Origin: a virus
Lineage: Duplodnaviria; Caudoviricetes
DNA: 44,425 nt
IMG/VR virus record: IMGVR_UViG_3300044713_000054
Location: 1 to 44,425 of that record
Strand: one strand, 5' to 3'
The notes under the pieces were generated by a model that was not told the origin of the DNA, made no database searches, and saw only the letters and a program-made list of their open reading frames with translations. The position numbers were made by a program, and so were the translations under genes. Below are positions 25,377 through 34,815 of the stretch, piece by piece. Position 1 is the stretch's first letter. Each line of letters starts with the position of its first letter.

Positions 25377-25540
25377 CGCGCGCCTCTAAACGCCGTGCAG
25401 CTTCATTTATCAGATCGCATGATAAAGCAAAACCGCCTGCAAAGAACCTGTCCAATTCAATGGCGCGATGCCGTAGCGCTGCGACTAATTCCTGGTCTGA
25501 CAGTTCCGCAATATCGTCAGTTTTTCTGAGGACCGGAACT

Positions 25541-25858
25541 TTAAGCATAGCGATTGATCTCGATTCCCCGGAACCACGTTACCGATCTGATATGCCAAGG
25601 CCGGCCGGTCCACAAGCTTGAGGGGACGCCACGGCGCACGACCGGCATGCCGCGGATGTAGCCTTCCTCGTTGAGCGCCCAGGTATCGTGGGCCCACGCG
25701 ATCTGCGGCCACGCCCAATAGACCTTGAAGATGAATCGATAGCGCGGGCCCATAAAGTGGCGTTTACGAGCACCGAGCGCAATCGTCAGGCTGAACGGGC
25801 AGTCGCGATGGATGTCGTGACCCCAGGCCAGTGCAAAATGCTTGGTGACCCACTGCAC
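25541..25858 (-). CDS. Hypothetical Trp/Arg-rich protein
   Basis: GTG start 2 nt after the previous stop. Confidence 0.45.
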   Translation of the reverse strand: MQWVTKHFALAWGHDIHRDCPFSLTIALGARKRHFMGPRYRFIFKVYWAWPQIAWAHDTWALNEEGYIRGMPVVRRGVPSSLWTGRPWHIRSVTWFRGIEINRYA

Positions 25859-25860
25859 GG

Positions 25861-26187
25861 CTATTCCTTCTCGTGCCGCTTCTTCTTTTCCATGTGCTCA
25901 TGCTCGCGCTTCTTGGCGCTGAGGTGATGATGCTTGCCGTGGTGCTTTTTGTGCTCGTGCTCATGCTTCTTGGCATGATGCTTGGTGCCGTTGTGATGCT
26001 TCTTGCCGCCGTGCTTGGCCTTGCGTTCTTCCGACATGCCGATCGCGATGGCCTGCTTGCGCTCGGTCACCTTCGGGCCATGCTTGGAACCGCTGTGAAG
26101 CTTGCCTTCCTTATATTCCCTCATGGACTTCGCGATCTTTGATTGCGCCGGAGCGTGCCGACCCTTCTCATCGTGGTGCTTTCTCAT
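25861..26187 (-). CDS. DUF6496-like basic protein with His/Lys-rich tail
   Basis: KI...MREYKEGKLHSGSKHG.KV..RKQAIAIG.SE.RK. Confidence 0.75.
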   Translation of the reverse strand: MRKHHDEKGRHAPAQSKIAKSMREYKEGKLHSGSKHGPKVTERKQAIAIGMSEERKAKHGGKKHHNGTKHHAKKHEHEHKKHHGKHHHLSAKKREHEHMEKKKRHEKE

Positions 26188-26423
26188 TTCCCTCTCCTTT
26201 GCCGTTCACGTTTCACTAGGGTGCGCCGTGTGCGGCCCTTGAGCGATTTCTCTTCGGCCAGCGGCTTCATGTGGTCGGTGGCCTGCTTGCCGGACGTCTT
26301 GACGATGGCCCGCATGCGCTGCGCCTTGGATGATTTGGCTGTCGGCGGAGTTGGCGTTCGCTCGCGGCCGCGCACCGCGTTCCATCCGGCGGCGAGTGCC
26401 TTGCCTATTCTAGACTTGGCCAT
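26184..26423 (-). CDS. Small basic protein
   Basis: Overlap-coupled to neighbours, Arg/Lys-rich. Confidence 0.6.
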   Translation of the reverse strand: MAKSRIGKALAAGWNAVRGRERTPTPPTAKSSKAQRMRAIVKTSGKQATDHMKPLAEEKSLKGRTRRTLVKRERQRRGK

Positions 26424-26683
26424 CAGCGGCGCGGCGCGGCTTGCATCGGGCCAGCCGCTTCAAGCGTGATGTGATATTTGTCGATTTCGTCCTGACAGCC
26501 GCGTTCCGCGCACGGGATCGTTATCATCGGATTTTCATAGCGGGTGCGCCATCTTTCCTTGATGTGACCGTCGAGAAGCCCGAACTCGAATACGGTCTCG
26601 ATACCGCACAGCAACACTATCATGATCAGCGTGGCGCCGCCGAACAGCAGGCACATAGCCGCCAGCAGCTTACGCTCCGGCAT
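26423..26683 (-). CDS. Small membrane protein
   Basis: One TM helix; overlaps the portal end. Confidence 0.45.
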   Translation of the reverse strand: MPERKLLAAMCLLFGGATLIMIVLLCGIETVFEFGLLDGHIKERWRTRYENPMITIPCAERGCQDEIDKYHITLEAAGPMQAAPRR

Positions 26684-28877
26684 TAGCGCTGCCGTTGCTG
26701 GCTGATGCCGCATTCTGCTCCGCAATCACGTCCTTGTTCGCCTTTTCGATCTGGTTCGGATTGAACCCGAGCATCTCGGCCAAGGTCTGCTGAATGAGCT
26801 TCTTGAGCCCGTGGCCTTCCCCGACCTTGATGAGGCTCTCGACCGCGCCGGCTTCCGCCGTCAGCCGCTTGTTCTCGGCATCGGCGATTTCGATATCGCG
26901 CAACTCGTCCTTGCCACGGACCTTGATGCGGTATTCGGCCAGCTTCTCCATGAGTTCACCCACCTGCTTCTGCGCCTCGGCGTTTTCTTGGGTGAGCTTT
27001 GCGACCAGCGGCCCGATCTGGCTGTCCTTGAGCAGCCACGGCATGTTCTGTTCGATGTTGCGGCGGATGCGGTCGGCGATATCCTGCGCCATCGGGAAGT
27101 CGGCGGCGAGGAAGCCCAGATCGCCCATGATGTTCATGAGTTCCGGCGAACGGGTCGTGATCTCGACAAATGCCGCCCAGGCCTCTTGCCGTTGTGTCGC
27201 GTAGGCCGGTCCGACATCGGCCTCGACCGCGAACTTGCCGACCGTCGGGTTGAACAGGACCTTGATGGCCCTGTCCTCGCCCGTGGGCTTGTCCTTCTGG
27301 TAGGCGATCTCGCTGTCGGGGTCGATGTGCACCTCGCTGATGGTGCCGTCCTTGGCCCGCATTTTGACGACGCGGGCGGTGTCGTAGATGTGCGGCGCCA
27401 GATCGATCAGCACCACGGCGGTGTGCCGGATCGCCAGCATCTCGTTGTCGGTGAAGTCGTAATTCGTGACCTCGCCAGCGCGCATCCGCTGGTCGATGGC
27501 CTTGGGGGTACGCTCAAGCGCCGGGTTCTGCTCCTGCGCGGTCTTGACGCCGGAGACCATCTCGAGCTCGGCGGCGGCAATACGGATGCCTTCGAGATAG
27601 CCTTGGCCTGGAGTTGGCGTTTCTGATCGTTGCGGCGGCGGGATCTCGTTGCCGTCATCGTCCAAGTGGCGGTAGGTTAGGTAAGCGGCATTCGTCGTAT
27701 TGGCGTTATTCCACGCCGCGTCGTTGCCCTCGATCGCCGCCGCCGCAACGATCCATGGCGTCTTAGTTTGTGTTGCTACGACCTCGACCTCGGCACTGGT
27801 ATTATAATTGTACATGCGCTGCGGGTCTTTCATCGCCCGCACGATGCCAGCCCGGTAGAGCCTGCCTTCCACCTTGCGCTCGCGGCCAGGCTCGCGGATG
27901 ACCGGAACGTACTTGCCCTTGAGCTTGCGGTCTTCGCTCCAGGTCGTGGAGTCGATGATCTCGTCGCCCGCGATCTTGAACCATTCCAGCTGGCGGTTCT
28001 TGACCGGACGCTTCTTGAAGTCGCCGCCGGTCTTGCCGTCCTGGAAATCCTTGAGTTGCTTGGACCACACGCCGCCGGGCGGGATCTCGCTGCGCAGGCC
28101 GGTCCAGGTCTTGCCGGTCTTGTCTTCGAGATAGATCAGTTCGTCCTCGACGATCTTGATCCGGTAGTATTCGGCGACGCGCACGCTATCCTTGCGCACC
28201 CAATCGTCGCGGTCGTCGAAGCCCGGGCCCGAGCCGATACGCGGCAGAGTAAGCGTCGGGAACAGCCGCTCGAACTCCTTGCGGTTATATTCGGTGAAGA
28301 TGAACGCCCACATGGCGTCCGAGCCGTCTGGATTCTTGATGTCGCAGTCGAGATAGACCTCGAACGGATCGAGTGGCGCGAGTTTGAGTTCCTGGTCGAA
28401 GGCGCGGTCGTCGACGAAATCATGAACGATGCGCCAGTAGCCGATGCCCGCTTCTAGCTGGTTCTCCTTGGCCGCGCCGAATATCTGGCTGGCGTTGGAG
28501 ACGTACATGATATGGCGGATCAGGCCTTCCCAGACCTGCGCGGCGTCGAACGAGACCTTGTCGCCCACGGGCTTGACGCGCGGCTCCGGCGGGTTCTGCT
28601 TGGCCTCGTTGGCGAGTTGCAGGACGATGGTCTTGGTCTTGTTGACCGTCAGGCACGGGCGGTTGTTGACGTCGCGGTCGTTCTTGACGCTCTCCGGCCA
28701 TTGCCAGCCGTTGTCGCTGTCGCCGTTGGCGAACTTGATGTCCTCAAGCGCCAGTTGCCGCCACTCGCTTTCCCATTCGGCGGCGCGCTTCCAGCGCTCC
28801 TTCGCCTCATCGAGAACAAGGCGGGTTTCGCTCTTGAACTTGTCGTCCTCATCGGGCTCGCGGCGACGTGGCGCCAT
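26670..28877 (-). CDS. Portal protein (P22-like)
   Basis: 735 aa; D..FA.G.....QW.....R....RPCLT.N, G.GYWR, KD.QR.YNY..S, GK..V....GP.Y.T.RQE. Confidence 0.92.
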   Translation of the reverse strand: MAPRRREPDEDDKFKSETRLVLDEAKERWKRAAEWESEWRQLALEDIKFANGDSDNGWQWPESVKNDRDVNNRPCLTVNKTKTIVLQLANEAKQNPPEPRVKPVGDKVSFDAAQVWEGLIRHIMYVSNASQIFGAAKENQLEAGIGYWRIVHDFVDDRAFDQELKLAPLDPFEVYLDCDIKNPDGSDAMWAFIFTEYNRKEFERLFPTLTLPRIGSGPGFDDRDDWVRKDSVRVAEYYRIKIVEDELIYLEDKTGKTWTGLRSEIPPGGVWSKQLKDFQDGKTGGDFKKRPVKNRQLEWFKIAGDEIIDSTTWSEDRKLKGKYVPVIREPGRERKVEGRLYRAGIVRAMKDPQRMYNYNTSAEVEVVATQTKTPWIVAAAAIEGNDAAWNNANTTNAAYLTYRHLDDDGNEIPPPQRSETPTPGQGYLEGIRIAAAELEMVSGVKTAQEQNPALERTPKAIDQRMRAGEVTNYDFTDNEMLAIRHTAVVLIDLAPHIYDTARVVKMRAKDGTISEVHIDPDSEIAYQKDKPTGEDRAIKVLFNPTVGKFAVEADVGPAYATQRQEAWAAFVEITTRSPELMNIMGDLGFLAADFPMAQDIADRIRRNIEQNMPWLLKDSQIGPLVAKLTQENAEAQKQVGELMEKLAEYRIKVRGKDELRDIEIADAENKRLTAEAGAVESLIKVGEGHGLKKLIQQTLAEMLGFNPNQIEKANKDVIAEQNAASASNGSANAGA

Positions 28878-29014
28878 TAGTCGCGCCAGCCGTAGGAGGC
28901 ATAGATCGCCTTGTTGACGATGCGGTCGATGTCACGCAGCTGCATTGGGCCCATGTGACGGTGCAAGGCGTTGTGCGAGACGGACGCCATTGCAAGCTTG
29001 TGCCATTTACGCAT
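28877..29014 (-). CDS. Hypothetical protein, 45 aa
   Basis: Fills the terL-portal gap; TAATG overlap with the portal start. Confidence 0.45.
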   Translation of the reverse strand: MRKWHKLAMASVSHNALHRHMGPMQLRDIDRIVNKAIYASYGWRD

Positions 29015-29017
29015 CGG

Positions 29018-30349
29018 TCACCCGTTCATCCAGTTGAGCCCGTCGCGGCGCGGTGCCAGCGGCGTCGGCACGTTGCGTTGCGGACGAAGTTTGTTCTCGC
29101 CGGTGGCCTTGAGGCCCATGACGTAGCACCGTGCAGAATCTGCGAAATGCGAGGCCCAGTCGTGCAAGGGCTTGTCCGCAACTTCCTTGGTATCGGGGTC
29201 GACCTCGAAGCGGTAGTGCGCGAGCGCCGTCAGCAAATCCGAGCAGTTGACCTCATTGAACCACATGCGCGGGAACGTATAGCGCACCGCATTGATGTCG
29301 TTCACGACGCTCGAGGTGCGGGGCACGGTGATGACGCGGCCATCGCCAGGATAGGCTTCCATGGTCTGGCGCTTGATGCTTTTGGACGCGGCCAACTGCT
29401 CATTCGCGGCGTCATGCGGCAGATAGATGCGGCCCACGATGTATTTGCGGTTCTGAATCTCTTGCAGGTAATGCGACCAGTCGTAGCCGAAGTTGCCGTA
29501 GCAATCGACCGCGTTGTGCTGCATCCCGACCTGCTGCCAAAACGTCAGGGCGCAGGTATCGGCGCGTCCGAGGTCGCACGAGATATCGACGGGCTTGGAG
29601 CGGTCGACCAGAACCTTCGGATTGATCCGCTTCTCGCGCTCGGCGGCTTCCATCTCCTTGGCGTAGATAGCGCCGGCGAGCACTCTGCGGACGCGGCCCT
29701 CCCAGGTGGTGAGGTAGGCCTCGTAGTCCCGCTTGCGCATGTCGTTCTTCTGCTTGCGCAGGATTTCCGGGAACCACTCGTTGTCACGCCAATTGATCTC
29801 GATGACCACGGTGCCTTCGGGCGGCTCCAGCACCCAGAACTTCCAGGTATAGTCGCTGGCAAGTTCGGGATTGAACTCGACCCAGACTTCGGAGCCTTGG
29901 CCGAACGGTCCAAAGGGCGGATCGCGCCGGATGGTCGGCAGCAAGACGCGCCACGAATTCTCGGAGACGAACGTCGCCTCGAACACGGCGCAGATATCGA
30001 CGCCTTCCATCGACTTGATGGCCTGGATGTCGTTGCGCAGGCCGGCGAAAATGAACTCGGTGCCGTTGTTGCCGACGATCCTAGTCTTGAGCACCCGGTA
30101 TAGATGGTTCATGCCCATCATGTCGATCTGCGTGGCGAGCGTCTTGTGCACGCTCTCGGCGATCGACTTCTGGATTTCGCGACAGCACAGAATTGAGAGC
30201 TTACGGAGCGAACCGAGGATCAGAAGCGCTCTACAGAAGTCCCAAGTTTTGGATCCGCCGCGGCCGCCGTACATGACCTTGTACGGCGCCGTCTTGAACA
30301 GCGGCTCGGCCTTGGGCGGGAATAGCGCGACCTGCTTGGCATCAGGCAT
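29018..30349 (-). CDS. terL: Terminase large subunit (PBSX/SPP1-like family)
   Basis: Walker A YGGRGGSKT, REIQKSI..SV, IKS.EG.D...V.EA, FNP, D.G..D, HDWASH.AD..R. Confidence 0.95.
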   Translation of the reverse strand: MPDAKQVALFPPKAEPLFKTAPYKVMYGGRGGSKTWDFCRALLILGSLRKLSILCCREIQKSIAESVHKTLATQIDMMGMNHLYRVLKTRIVGNNGTEFIFAGLRNDIQAIKSMEGVDICAVFEATFVSENSWRVLLPTIRRDPPFGPFGQGSEVWVEFNPELASDYTWKFWVLEPPEGTVVIEINWRDNEWFPEILRKQKNDMRKRDYEAYLTTWEGRVRRVLAGAIYAKEMEAAEREKRINPKVLVDRSKPVDISCDLGRADTCALTFWQQVGMQHNAVDCYGNFGYDWSHYLQEIQNRKYIVGRIYLPHDAANEQLAASKSIKRQTMEAYPGDGRVITVPRTSSVVNDINAVRYTFPRMWFNEVNCSDLLTALAHYRFEVDPDTKEVADKPLHDWASHFADSARCYVMGLKATGENKLRPQRNVPTPLAPRRDGLNWMNG

Positions 30350-30440
30350 TCTTGCCCTTGATCTTGTAGCGGGAGAGCCAGAATGGGGTGACGAATGATG
30401 CGCCGAGAGCTGCCATCACTACAGAATAAAGCACGATCAT
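30342..30440 (-). CDS. Small membrane peptide, 32 aa
   Basis: SD AGGAG; overlaps the terL start. Confidence 0.4.
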   Translation of the reverse strand: MIVLYSVVMAALGASFVTPFWLSRYKIKGKNA

Positions 30441-30452
30441 TTTGGCCGTCTC

Positions 30453-32927
30453 CTAGAAAGCATTGATGCTGAGCGCGGTGGCATCGGCATTGATGCGATA
30501 TGCCATCAAGGCCACGGCTTGCGCCGCGCTCGTGCTGAGTGCCGATCCGCCGAAGGCATAGGCAATCTGGTCAGTGGTATACAACCCGCCGACGCCGCCG
30601 ACGCCGCCCACGGTAAAGTTTCCGTTCGATAATGCACTAGAGGCATTTTGCGCGACCAGCGCCTGCGACGCGCCTTTGTTGGTGTAGGCCGCCTCTGCAC
30701 TTGCTCCGGTGCGCTGCATGAGCCAAAAGCCCTGCGAATTAGTCTCGGTGGCTGTGCCGACGACGCCAATCGTTTCATTGACGTAGGCTTGGAATTGCCC
30801 CGTCCCGGCACCAAAGATGCAGACGAGGCAAAGCCCGGAAAGATTGGTTACATCCGTGGTCGCGATCTGGAAGGCGGATGCGCTGGATGATCTGCTGGTA
30901 AGATCATAGACTCCGTACATCGCGCTATTCTTGACGTACTGGCCGCCAGATGTCGTCGGATTGTCGTTGGTGTTCAGATAGCCGGTAGAGCCGTCACTTG
31001 CGTAGCCGCGGTTGGCGGTGAACGTGATTGAACCGCTCGTCGTCAACGAGAAGCTGGTACTGGCCAGGTTGAGCGCGGCGTCGGTCGAGCTATCCGTCGC
31101 GAGCTTGTAGAGAAAATCAATGACGGTGAACCAGCCATCGGCAACGCCGCCGCAGATAAGGGCATTATATTGCTGTTGTGTGGTGACCGGAGGCGAGGAT
31201 GTGCGCGCCAGGAACGTAGTGGCTTGGGCGCAAGTGCCGGTCCCGCTCGTCCATGTGATTTGCTGGCCAGCTCCAACCGGCAGCGATGCCGTGGAAACCG
31301 ATACCCCGTAGTAATCAACCGAGCCGGGATTGATGCTATACTGCGTCGTCAAGTTAAGGCCAGCAGAGAGCATCGGCGAGCCGGACTGCAACTGGTATTG
31401 GGTCAACGACGCGGGGACATAGCCGCCGATCGTGCCGCCGCCGCCATATACGACCAAGCGCGGTTCCGAAGTCAGACCGACGTTAACGCCGCCGATCTTC
31501 TCCTGTCCGCTCGCGGTCTGCCATGCCGAAAAGGTGGAATATCCCGTGCCGTTCCACGAGAATGCGCCGCCGTAATAGTCGTTGCCGGTGAGCGTAAGCG
31601 ACGATGGAGTCGCGACTTCCACGCTGTCGCCGCTCGTGTACAGCGTATAGAAAATGTTGTTCGAGACTTGGCATGTCAGCCCCGACCCGGCCTCGTTGCT
31701 GCCGAATGCCGAACTGACATTGGTGTACGTCGTATTGTTGTAAACCTGGCAGTTCGTTACCGTCGCGCCGGTGGCCGCGCCGATGTCGATGCTGGAGGCA
31801 TAAGCGGTGTTTGAGCCATCGTTCTGGCTGATATTCCAACGCACCGTGCAGCCGATATTATTGCCGCCGCTGAATGCGAAAACCAAGAAACCCGTACCGA
31901 CGTTGTTGTGCGAATAATTGTACTGCATGATGACGCCGTTCGAGCCGCCATCGCAGTCAAAGCCGTCGCCATCGACGCCGCCGCTTCCCGTCTTGCCGTT
32001 GTAGGCCTCGTTATACTGGATGGTGACGTTGGTTCCTGCATAGGTCCAAATTCCGACCGGGCCGCTGGAACTTGTACTGTTATTGCCAAAATCATGAGCA
32101 ACATTGTTTTGTATGGTCGCTCCGATGACGAAAGCTACGGTGATGCCAGAGCCGGTCCAGTTTGTCTGTCCGGTCGTGCCGATGCAATTGGAAACGGTGT
32201 TTCCGCTCACCGTCGCGTTGGAATGGACATTACTGCTTGCCGCCGTTGTGGAATAAATCTGGATGCAGGAACTGAGCGGGCCGGAATTTCCCGTCACGTC
32301 ATGCACGACGTTCTTTATGACATCGATGCCGTTGAATCCAGATGTGCCGTTGGTGCCTTTGATCTCGATGCCGTTCGAGCCGTAACCGCTGACCGTGGTG
32401 TTCGTGATCGTTGGGCCGGCGAGTGTCGTATTACCAGCCTGCGAATTGACGATAGAGATTCCCGCCGTTGTGCTGATGGTATCGGTGCCGCCTGTGCAGA
32501 TGATATTGTTGATGGTGATGGCTGGGATATTGGTCGCCGTCACGCACGCTGCAGCATTTCCTGAGACGATCGTCGCTTGGCCAGTGCCGTAGGACCCAAT
32601 CGTGAACCGACCGCTTGGGTTGGTCGTGGTGGTGAGAGCGAGCGACCCCGTAATGGTCTGGTTGCCGGTGAACAGTACCTCGTCATTGGCCTTGTAGACC
32701 TGCGCGAGCACATGAGTGATCGATTGCCAGGCTGTCGTAGGCGTTCTGCCGTTATTGGTATCCAGCCCGGTGCTCGAATTAACGTAATAAACCGTGCCGC
32801 CGCCCGAGGACGAGATGCCGTCGCGCTGGCCACCAATCTGCGAAGTATCGAGCCCCTCGTGCGCCTGGGCGACAGCGAGGAGCGCGAATAGAACCGCCGA
32901 TGCAGCGATCCTACTGCACGTCCACAT
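30453..32927 (-). CDS. Right-handed beta-helix (pectin-lyase-like) spike/depolymerase-like protein with signal peptide and C-terminal lectin-like domain
   Basis: AQA|H signal peptide; YYVNSSTG.D.N.G.TP..AW.SI; I..N..HD, IQYN.AY, DG.GFD.DGG, MQYNYSH.N repeats; 12 mature Cys. Confidence 0.8.
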   Translation of the reverse strand: MWTCSRIAASAVLFALLAVAQAHEGLDTSQIGGQRDGISSSGGGTVYYVNSSTGLDTNNGRTPTTAWQSITHVLAQVYKANDEVLFTGNQTITGSLALTTTTNPSGRFTIGSYGTGQATIVSGNAAACVTATNIPAITINNIICTGGTDTISTTAGISIVNSQAGNTTLAGPTITNTTVSGYGSNGIEIKGTNGTSGFNGIDVIKNVVHDVTGNSGPLSSCIQIYSTTAASSNVHSNATVSGNTVSNCIGTTGQTNWTGSGITVAFVIGATIQNNVAHDFGNNSTSSSGPVGIWTYAGTNVTIQYNEAYNGKTGSGGVDGDGFDCDGGSNGVIMQYNYSHNNVGTGFLVFAFSGGNNIGCTVRWNISQNDGSNTAYASSIDIGAATGATVTNCQVYNNTTYTNVSSAFGSNEAGSGLTCQVSNNIFYTLYTSGDSVEVATPSSLTLTGNDYYGGAFSWNGTGYSTFSAWQTASGQEKIGGVNVGLTSEPRLVVYGGGGTIGGYVPASLTQYQLQSGSPMLSAGLNLTTQYSINPGSVDYYGVSVSTASLPVGAGQQITWTSGTGTCAQATTFLARTSSPPVTTQQQYNALICGGVADGWFTVIDFLYKLATDSSTDAALNLASTSFSLTTSGSITFTANRGYASDGSTGYLNTNDNPTTSGGQYVKNSAMYGVYDLTSRSSSASAFQIATTDVTNLSGLCLVCIFGAGTGQFQAYVNETIGVVGTATETNSQGFWLMQRTGASAEAAYTNKGASQALVAQNASSALSNGNFTVGGVGGVGGLYTTDQIAYAFGGSALSTSAAQAVALMAYRINADATALSINAF

Positions 32928-33414
32928 AGATCGAGTCGCCGGTGGTGGTGCAGGTGCCGATGATCTGGTCGGGGGGCACGTACGGCCAATAGCGGGTGTA
33001 GGATGCGCCGACGCCGAGCGTGATCGAGGCCTGGGCCGCCGTCATCGTCGCGCCGGATATTGTGGAGGTCACGGTCGAGGACGTGGTGACCGGACTCGGC
33101 AGCGTGAACGTGGAACCGATGATGATATAGCAGGTATCGGTGCCGCTGACGTTGTTGTTCTCGATCTCGAGCGATTGCCGCTGCGTGGTTTGCGATAGAC
33201 CCGCCGCACCCGACGCCCCGCTATTCGGCGTTGCGCCTTGGATCGAACTGAGCAGCGTTTGATACGTCAGGCCTAGCGTGACGGTCTTGGAGTTATTGAT
33301 CAGAGCACGGTATTGCGCCTGACCCATGACGTGCTGTTGCGCCCATGCCGGCAGCGAGACGGCTAGGACCAGGAGCGCGATAATGGCGGCGCAAACCCAA
33401 AGGGTGAACTTCAT
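32911..33414 (-). CDS. Signal-peptide-bearing small beta-sandwich protein (decoration/spike-base-like)
   Basis: ATG 33414 with ATGA overlap; AWA|Q; R..L.I.N....C.I..G...VP...I...C; Thr/Ser-rich. Confidence 0.7.
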   Translation of the reverse strand: MKFTLWVCAAIIALLVLAVSLPAWAQQHVMGQAQYRALINNSKTVTLGLTYQTLLSSIQGATPNSGASGAAGLSQTTQRQSLEIENNNVSGTDTCYIIIGSTFTLPSPVTTSSTVTSTISGATMTAAQASITLGVGASYTRYWPYVPPDQIIGTCTTTGDSIYVDVQ

Positions 33415-33776
33415 TCCTGCCCTCCCGCTTGCCGCTTGGCGATGTCGCGCTGAATGTCTTCCGGCCAAGTGATGTCCATGACCTGCTGGCACTGCAGCTG
33501 GTACTGCGGCGAGCCGTCGGGGTTGATCTTGCCCTCGTTGATCACCTTGACCAGCATGACGCGGATGCGAATGACCGCGCCATTCTCAAGCGTATATTGC
33601 GTCCATGGCTCCTGGTCGGCGACGAATTGCAGGAACTTGGGGGAGGGCGGCATAACCCGCTCCTTGAGGGATGTAAGGAATTCCTCTGGAACAAGCCGAT
33701 GCGGCGCCTTCGGGCAGATGCCGTAGTGGTGCTCGTTGCACACCGGGCAATAGGGTTCCGTGCCTTTGATGGCCAT
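33411..33776 (-). CDS. Hypothetical protein with N-terminal CxxC...H...C
   Basis: E.W..Y.LE.G..IR......V pattern; overlap-coupled. Confidence 0.65.
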   Translation of the reverse strand: MAIKGTEPYCPVCNEHHYGICPKAPHRLVPEEFLTSLKERVMPPSPKFLQFVADQEPWTQYTLENGAVIRIRVMLVKVINEGKINPDGSPQYQLQCQQVMDITWPEDIQRDIAKRQAGGQE

Positions 33777-33779
33777 CAG

Positions 33780-34046
33780 TTATTTCCTCGTTACCGGCTT
33801 GCCCATGGGGTCGTCCGCGGTGGCGTGCCCGGCGCGGGGAATCTGCGGGTCGCCCTTGGGAAGCCCGGAGCCTAACCCCGCTGCACGGCCGCTAGTCTGG
33901 CTGTACGACCCCTTGTGCCAGTCGCGCTCGGTCGCGGACTTCGGGGCTAGCTTGCCCTCGAACTGGGCCGGGCCGGTGCTGGAGGTCTTGCGGTACGGCT
34001 CGATGTAGTCGGGAGCCGACGCCGTGGGGGATCGCTTTATGGTCAT
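33780..34046 (-). CDS. Hypothetical Gly/Pro/Lys-rich protein
   Basis: ATG 34046 with ATGA overlap. Confidence 0.6.
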   Translation of the reverse strand: MTIKRSPTASAPDYIEPYRKTSSTGPAQFEGKLAPKSATERDWHKGSYSQTSGRAAGLGSGLPKGDPQIPRAGHATADDPMGKPVTRK

Positions 34047-34255
34047 GCCGCCATCCTTTCCAGTCGTCCACGCAAAGCTTGGATGTTTTCTTCGGAGATT
34101 TTGATAGCGGCTTCGATTTGGCTTCTTGTCATATTGGACGCCGCGGCCACCGCATAGTGCCCGTCGTGCAATTTGTAACCGCCCACAAGGTAGGCATTCA
34201 ATGGCGCTCCGCAGTGCGAACAAGTGCCGTTTGGCTTATCCCATGGTTCTGGCAT
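34043..34255 (-). CDS. Hypothetical protein with CSHC
   Basis: SD AAGGAG. Confidence 0.6.
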   Translation of the reverse strand: MPEPWDKPNGTCSHCGAPLNAYLVGGYKLHDGHYAVAAASNMTRSQIEAAIKISEENIQALRGRLERMAA

Positions 34256-34270
34256 GCGGAACTCCTTGAA

Positions 34271-34376
34271 TTAAAACGGCGGCACCGACCAGGGGCTGGC
34301 TGGCAGGGAGGTATTCTAGTGGTGCCGCCGCAGGGCCGTGGCATAGGGGTGTAGGCTAGTGCTAAGCCACAGCTTT
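34271..34376 (-). ncRNA. Candidate two-hairpin sRNA/terminator with C-rich (anti-SD-like) loops
   Basis: GCTGTGGC/GCCACGGC hairpin, then 10-bp CGGCGGCACC/GGTGCCGCCG hairpin with ACCTCCC in its loop, followed by TTTT. Confidence 0.45.
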
Positions 34377-34382
34377 CCCTCT

Positions 34383-34637
34383 TTAGTCGCGATGACGCTC
34401 CGGCGAGCGCCGCTCGATGTTGTTGGAGCCGCCGAATTCCTTGCGGCCCTTGTCGGCCGAGCCGTGCTTGTTCATGGCCTCGACGCCGCCGGGGATCTGG
34501 CGGCCCTTGCCCTTGGCGTCGTTGCCCATGTTGCCTGAGCCTTCCAGCGAGGACACGGCACGGCCATTCTCGATGCCGTAGCTCTGCTCCGTCCAGTCGC
34601 GCAGCGGGGTCACTTTGCCTTTTTCGCCTCTTGGCAT
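34383..34637 (-). CDS. Hypothetical hydrophilic Gly-rich protein
   Basis: SD GGAG; good codon bias. Confidence 0.6.
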   Translation of the reverse strand: MPRGEKGKVTPLRDWTEQSYGIENGRAVSSLEGSGNMGNDAKGKGRQIPGGVEAMNKHGSADKGRKEFGGSNNIERRSPERHRD

Positions 34638-34638
34638 G

Positions 34639-34815
34639 TCAGTCTCTCCGTTTGTTGATCTGCGCAAGGAACTCAGCGTCGCGCATGCGCTGTCCGGCAG
34701 GAGGGCCGGCATCTTCGATTTCTTCCTTGTATTCGTATCGCATGACGAGCGCTGAGATGGCGCAACTCAGAAACGCCAATATCCAAACCAAGTCGCCGAA
34801 CTCGGCAAGGCTCAT
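34639..34815 (-). CDS. Small membrane protein
   Basis: ATGA overlap with the 34812-35099 ORF; one TM. Confidence 0.55.
   Translation of the reverse strand: MSLAEFGDLVWILAFLSCAISALVMRYEYKEEIEDAGPPAGQRMRDAEFLAQINKRRD

Noticed and set aside
25861-26030. Low-complexity CAT/CAC/AAG-rich DNA as a tandem repeat or CRISPR-like array
   Set aside because: Explained by His/Lys codons; no fixed repeat-spacer period here or elsewhere in the window
28868-30103. Long plus-strand ORFs (also 11944-12960, 19403-20446, 21177-22355, 26811-27626)
   Set aside because: Antisense shadows of high-GC3 genes; no motifs or ribosome-binding sites
26670-30349. Further introns or inteins in terL and portal
   Set aside because: Both ORFs are continuous and of normal length; no splice or intein motifs noticed
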